A stretch of DNA of 11,322 nt from Candidatus Micrarchaeota archaeon (GTDB lineage: Archaea > B1Sed10-29). Each line of letters begins with the position of its first letter. Positions within the stretch are counted from its first letter, which is position 1. Shown here in pieces: positions 7,950-11,322 of this stretch. The notes beneath the pieces were generated by a model. That model saw only the letters and a list, made by a program, of their open reading frames with translations. It was not told where the DNA came from and searched no databases. The position numbers were made by a program, and so were the translations under genes. The DNA lies in contig CAYLXZ010000018.1 in the NCBI GenBank assembly GCA_964388265.1, positions 2,134 through 13,455 of the forward strand, in the 5' to 3' direction.

Positions 7950-8009
7950 AAAGAGGGAAAGGACATGGGTAAGAGATAAGTAACTGCATTCCCCGTCTTT
8001 CCTATCTTT
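7950..8009. repeat. Imperfect inverted repeat / stem-loop in the intergenic region between GT2 and the AglB-like gene
   Basis: Left arm AAAGAGGGAAAGGACATGGG (7950-7969) pairs with right arm CCCCGTCTTTCCTATCTTT (7991-8009) as AAAGA/TCTTT, GGAAA/TTTCC, GAC/GTC and GGG/CCC with small bulges, around a 21-nt loop. Confidence 0.55.
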
Positions 8010-8101
8010 TAAAATAGTTTGACAAGTATCTTAATGGATGGTGATATCTCTACTTTTTGTTTAATAGGTTCTTCAGTTGCTTTATTGGAAGGAAAACAGA
8101 G

Positions 8102-8776
8102 TTATATTCCTGTTGTCCAGGACCTGAGAACTGATTTGGCTAGATAGGTTCCGAGTTTAAAGCTTTTGCTCCATCCGAGTTCGTTGAACTTGAAGCTCTT
8201 TGGCGGGTAATCTATCTCGACTGGTATGTACTTCATCTCCATACCTCTAGATATGGCTTTTAGGTTTATCTCGGACTCTACTTCGAATCCGTCTTTCTCA
8301 AGGCCTAGGTCCAGGAAATCTTCTCGGTATACTGCTCTTATTCCGCATATTGCGTCCTCTACTTTTTTCCCTGTTGCTAGGAGTACGGCTAGTTTTGCTA
8401 AAGCGTTGTTCACTCTTCGTGGCCATGGTACCTTGTTGAAGTTTCTTTTCCCGGTTACCAGTGTTCCTGGTTCAAGTTCTTTTAAAAACCTGGGTAGTTT
8501 TTCTATTTGGTGTTGGTCGGCGTCCGTGAATATTATCTTTTCTCCATTCGCTTCCTTTGCTCCTTTTCTCATCGCGTAGCCTTTACCTTGGTTAGGTGTG
8601 TAGTGTATTACTTGGTCTGCTCCTGCTTTCTCAGCTAGTTCAGTGGTTTTGTCGTTTGATCCGTCGTCAACGACCATTACTTCAAATTCTTCATCTAAAG
8701 ATAGTTTCCTAAGTTCTTTCACTGTGTTCTCTATGTTTTCTTCTTCGTTGTAGGATGGTACTATTATTGTTATCAT
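8102..8776 (-). CDS. Glycosyltransferase family 2, DPM1-like polyprenol/dolichol-phosphate sugar synthase, 224 aa
   Basis: Motifs IIVPSYNEEENI, VVDDGSNDKT, NQGKGYA, FTDAD (DxD), DAICGIRA and FEVESEI. No TM tail. Its start overlaps the upstream stop (ATGA, 8773-8776). Confidence 0.9.
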   Translation of the reverse strand: MITIIVPSYNEEENIENTVKELRKLSLDEEFEVMVVDDGSNDKTTELAEKAGADQVIHYTPNQGKGYAMRKGAKEANGEKIIFTDADQHQIEKLPRFLKELEPGTLVTGKRNFNKVPWPRRVNNALAKLAVLLATGKKVEDAICGIRAVYREDFLDLGLEKDGFEVESEINLKAISRGMEMKYIPVEIDYPPKSFKFNELGWSKSFKLGTYLAKSVLRSWTTGI

Positions 8777-9705
8777 CGGTGGAACACCTTTTCATCTATT
8801 GCTGTGGCTGTTAACCCTACTGCGCTAGGTAGCCATACTCTTATGGTGCTCCATAGGATCAGGAAGCTTCCTATTACTCCTTGTGATAATCCGAAGTACG
8901 CCATGGATAGCACTAGGTATCCTCCGCCTTCTGCTACGCCTATTCCTTTTGGTGTCAGAGTCAGTAGTGTTAGGCTATGTCCTACTGATGCGAATATGAA
9001 TACTTGGATTATCGAGAGGTTTACTCCTAGTGATGAGAATAGTAGTGCTATCGTGGTTATCTCTAGCACGGTGGAGAGAATTAGTAGGATGACTATGATA
9101 GTTGATCTTTTTGGGTTGAGGCTGTGGAACTGTTCTTTGAGTTGTTCGTGGAATCTTATTGCGTAGTATTTCTTGAATATCTTGCCTATTAGGTGTGTGA
9201 ATTTCTTGAATCGGAATAAGAGCACGATTATTGCTCCTGTCATGGTTAGTACTAGTCCTGCTAGGAAGAACACGAGGTTTTGGTTGAAGTCAGGTGACCT
9301 GGGTGCGAGTAGCACTATGGCTAGGAGTAGTAGGAAGAACATGAGGAGGAATTTCCAGAACTTGACCATGAAGCTGGTTGCTATGGCTTCTGATCCGCTT
9401 GAGTTTTCCTTTCTGGAGAAGTAGGCTCTTAGTAGGTCTGCTCCGAATCCTGTTGGTGCGAATAGCCCCATTAGTGCTTTGGTGTTTATTCTTAGGCATT
9501 TTTTGAATGGTTCTTTCATGAGGTAGTTCCAGGCTAGGAACCAGAGGTATAGTGATCCTAGGAATGATAGTGCTCCGGCTGTGAGTAGTAGTAGATTGGC
9601 TTTGTAGAGGGCTTGTGGGTCTGTGAATTTGAATAGCGCTGCTATTACTCCTATTGCTACTGTTATCCAGAGTATTCTTTTTATCTTGTCTTTCATTTGA
9701 TCCAC
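8773..9705 (-). CDS. Lysylphosphatidylglycerol-synthase TM domain / UPF0104 flippase-like membrane protein (similar to the AglD C-terminal domain). GTG start at 9705 or ATG at 9696.
   Basis: About 310 aa with about 8 hydrophobic segments, PTGFGADLLRAYF (PxxxGG[ED]xxRxY-like) and LTPKGIGVAEGG (TPGGxGxxE signature). Translationally coupled to the GT2. Confidence 0.8.
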   Translation of the reverse strand: MDQMKDKIKRILWITVAIGVIAALFKFTDPQALYKANLLLLTAGALSFLGSLYLWFLAWNYLMKEPFKKCLRINTKALMGLFAPTGFGADLLRAYFSRKENSSGSEAIATSFMVKFWKFLLMFFLLLLAIVLLAPRSPDFNQNLVFFLAGLVLTMTGAIIVLLFRFKKFTHLIGKIFKKYYAIRFHEQLKEQFHSLNPKRSTIIVILLILSTVLEITTIALLFSSLGVNLSIIQVFIFASVGHSLTLLTLTPKGIGVAEGGGYLVLSMAYFGLSQGVIGSFLILWSTIRVWLPSAVGLTATAIDEKVFHR

Positions 9706-9725
9706 ATCTGTCTGCTTGTTGTGTG

Positions 9726-10289
9726 TTAGTTGAAGAATTTATCTGTTAGGTAGTTCACTGTGCCTAGTAGGTGTTGTGGTGTTTTTGCTTTCACTGTGAT
9801 TGTGTTGTTTTCTACTATGACTTTGTTTTCTTCGTAGTTCGGGTACTTTAAGTGTATGAGTAGTTTATCTGTGTTTTTGATGTTCATGCATTGTTGTAGT
9901 GTCTTGTTTTTTATTGATGCTTTTTCTGTGGCGTTTATCTGTGCGCATGTCTTGGGTTCTCCGTCTTGGTATCCTATTTGATGTATTTGACTTAGGTTTA
10001 TTTCGTGGTTTGTTAGTGTGAATGCTATGTTGCTCATGGATTTTATGATTAGTGAGTTTCCTTCTGTTTCATCTATGTCTTGTTCGAAGATTAGTTGGGT
10101 TTGGTTGTTTTGTTGTATTAGTGTTTCTAGGTGTTGTGTTGGTTTTTGTTTTGAGTGTATGCATAGGTCTTTGTAGCATGCTTTGTTGTATTTTGACTGT
10201 GGTTGTGTGAATATGTAGATGTTGATTGCTGCGAGTATTAGTGCTAGAGTTATTCCGGTGTAGAGTATTGTTTTCTGTTTCTCGTCCAT
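9726..10289 (-). CDS. Hypothetical protein with a single N-terminal TM anchor/signal and an extracellular Cys-pair domain, 187 aa
   Basis: N-terminal hydrophobic helix TILYTGITLALILAAINIYIF, 4 Cys and five N-x-S/T sequons. Codon usage (A/C-ending) matches neighbouring genes, and there is an SD-like AGAGGA upstream. Confidence 0.75.
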   Translation of the reverse strand: MDEKQKTILYTGITLALILAAINIYIFTQPQSKYNKACYKDLCIHSKQKPTQHLETLIQQNNQTQLIFEQDIDETEGNSLIIKSMSNIAFTLTNHEINLSQIHQIGYQDGEPKTCAQINATEKASIKNKTLQQCMNIKNTDKLLIHLKYPNYEENKVIVENNTITVKAKTPQHLLGTVNYLTDKFFN

Positions 10290-10322
10290 GTTTACATCCT
10301 CTTTGGTTCTTTGTTTCTGGTG

Positions 10323-10353
10323 TATAATTATGGGTTCGGGTATATTATGGGTT
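10323..10353 (-). promoter_or_regulatory. Tandem TATA-like direct repeat (AACCCATAAT-ATA / AACCCATAATTATA on the - strand), putative promoter/operator of the downstream glycosylation genes
   Basis: ATTATGGGTT occurs at 10327-10336 and 10344-10353 (+ strand), each adjoining TATA. The element lies 34-64 nt upstream of the ATG at 10289. Confidence 0.4.
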
Positions 10354-10411
10354 GTGGTTGGGTTTGGTGGAGTTGAAATTAAGAGTTAGAATTTGTTGGG
10401 TTTTGTTCCCT

Positions 10412-10460
10412 GAAAGAGAGAGGGAGAGATAAAAAGGGGTTTTGAGGGGTTTTACGCCCT
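10412..10460 (-). terminator. Putative terminator of the S-layer gene: short GC hairpin followed by TTTTT and a long pyrimidine tract
   Basis: The - strand after the TAA reads AGGGCGTAAAACCCCT (AGGG/CCCT stem), then CCCCTTTTTATCTCTCCCTCTCTCTTTC. Oligo-T/pyrimidine tracts are the usual archaeal termination signals. Confidence 0.5.
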
Positions 10461-10469
10461 GTTTTGGTT

Positions 10470-11321
10470 TTATGCGGTTAGCAGTGTTATTAGTTCGTCT
10501 GCTGCGTTTGCTGTGTCTGTTGCGCTGTATCCTGCTGCTAGTAGTTTGTTTCCGTCTTCTGCTAGTACGGCGTTTCCTTGTGTTGTTAGGTCGCTTGCTC
10601 CACTCATTCCGTCTGCTACTGAGTTTACGCTTGGTCCACCTACAACTACTTGGTATTGTGCCGTTGCAGATCCGTCCATTGTTATTAGGTCTTGTGGTGT
10701 TGTTACTGTTTTCTGGGTGTCGTAGAATTCGTCTGCGTTTCCTATTGCTCCTTCGCCTGTTCCTTGGATGTCTAGGCTGGTTAGTTTCCAGTTTCCGAAT
10801 TCGTCGCCTTCGCTTACTGTCATTCCTTCTTCTCCACCTTCGTCTATTCCTGATACTTTTAGCAGTGTGCTTCTGTCTTTTTCCGGTAGGTATACTGTTG
10901 CTTTTTCTGTTCCTGTGTCTGTTATTTCTATTCCTGTTCCTGTGATGTGGTATTTGTCGGTTGTGTTTACATCGTTTTGTTGGTAGTCTATGTAGTCTGT
11001 GTCTCCAAAGCTTGAAGATCCTGCTTTTATTCCTTCGTCGTCGGCGTCCGCATCGTATGATGCGTATACTTTATCTCCTGAACCGCCATCGGTTAGTAGT
11101 GCTTCTACTTCTTCTGAAGCTGCGGTTGCTGTTGCGTTGTATGCTCCGGATAGGTCTAGTGTTGGTGTTCCTGAGCTCATTACTGCTTGGTCTCCTAGCT
11201 GTACGTGGAATCTACTGGTTGATGGGTCTGCTATTGTGTCTCCTTTGATGTAGACTTTGTCGGTGTAGTTGTCTACTGTTGCTGTGAAGTCTAGTGCTTC
11301 TCCTCCTTGGTCTAACGTGAA
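10470..11321 (-). CDS. S-layer (glyco)protein, C-terminal part; 5' end lies beyond the window
   Basis: The frame stays open from the ATG at 11180 to the window edge (FTLDQGGEALDFTATVDNYTDKVYIKGDTIADPSTSRFHVQLGDQAV-M...). The C-terminus VVVGGPSVNSVA...LLAAGYSATDTANAADELI matches the archaeal S_layer_C signature (xxVGGPxxN...xVAGxxxxxTxxAA). It is acidic and Thr/Gly/Asp-rich with NYT, NAT and NTT sequons. Confidence 0.85.
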   Translation of the reverse strand, partial: FTLDQGGEALDFTATVDNYTDKVYIKGDTIADPSTSRFHVQLGDQAVMSSGTPTLDLSGAYNATATAASEEVEALLTDGGSGDKVYASYDADADDEGIKAGSSSFGDTDYIDYQQNDVNTTDKYHITGTGIEITDTGTEKATVYLPEKDRSTLLKVSGIDEGGEEGMTVSEGDEFGNWKLTSLDIQGTGEGAIGNADEFYDTQKTVTTPQDLITMDGSATAQYQVVVGGPSVNSVADGMSGASDLTTQGNAVLAEDGNKLLAAGYSATDTANAADELITLLTA

Positions 11322-11322
11322 G

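Noticed and set aside
8030..8060. TAATGGATGGTGATATCTCTAC resembling parts of a fluoride riboswitch or C/D box RNA
   Set aside because: It lacks the GGxGAUGGxGUUCxCC stem/pseudoknot and a proper RUGAUGA...CUGA pair, and no fitting downstream gene lies on that strand.
10470..11180. ATG at 11180 as the start of a 236-aa protein
   Set aside because: The frame is open to the window edge and no signal peptide follows this ATG. It is an internal Met of a longer S-layer gene.
6856..11253. + strand ORFs opposite the - strand genes (e.g. 7768-7983, 8226-8579, 8804-9166, 10442-10945)
   Set aside because: Antisense shadows with low-complexity products, opposite genes that have clear family motifs.
1..11322. 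CRISPR array, tRNA/rRNA, transposase or integrase
   Set aside because: No regularly spaced repeats, cloverleaf or T-loop signatures, or mobile-element ORFs were seen. Nearly all sequence is accounted for by nine CDSs.

Overview
Archaeal genomic window (archaeal-type release factor, TruD, S-layer protein and TATA-box promoters; the Glu/Lys-rich proteins and compact gene packing would fit a DPANN-like or salt-adapted lineage, but this is inference). The + strand carries a type IIA (SERCA-like) P-type ATPase, peptide chain release factor aRF1, tRNA pseudouridine synthase TruD and a GT-C fold (ArnT/PMT-like) glycosyltransferase. The - strand converges on it with the 3' part of an S-layer protein gene, a membrane-anchored sequon-rich hypothetical protein, a UPF0104/LPG-synthase-TM flippase-like protein, a DPM1-like GT2 and a short STT3/AglB-like protein with degenerate catalytic motifs. 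The most striking observation is in aRF1. It has a complete stop-codon-decoding architecture (NIKS, YxCxxxF, C-domain), but the near-universal catalytic GGQ is replaced by GGWSQ, the loop type of Vms1-like/baeRF1 rescue factors. The second is an apparent S-layer glycan-tailoring locus built around a non-canonical AglB-like protein. No tRNA, rRNA, CRISPR array or mobile element was recognised.
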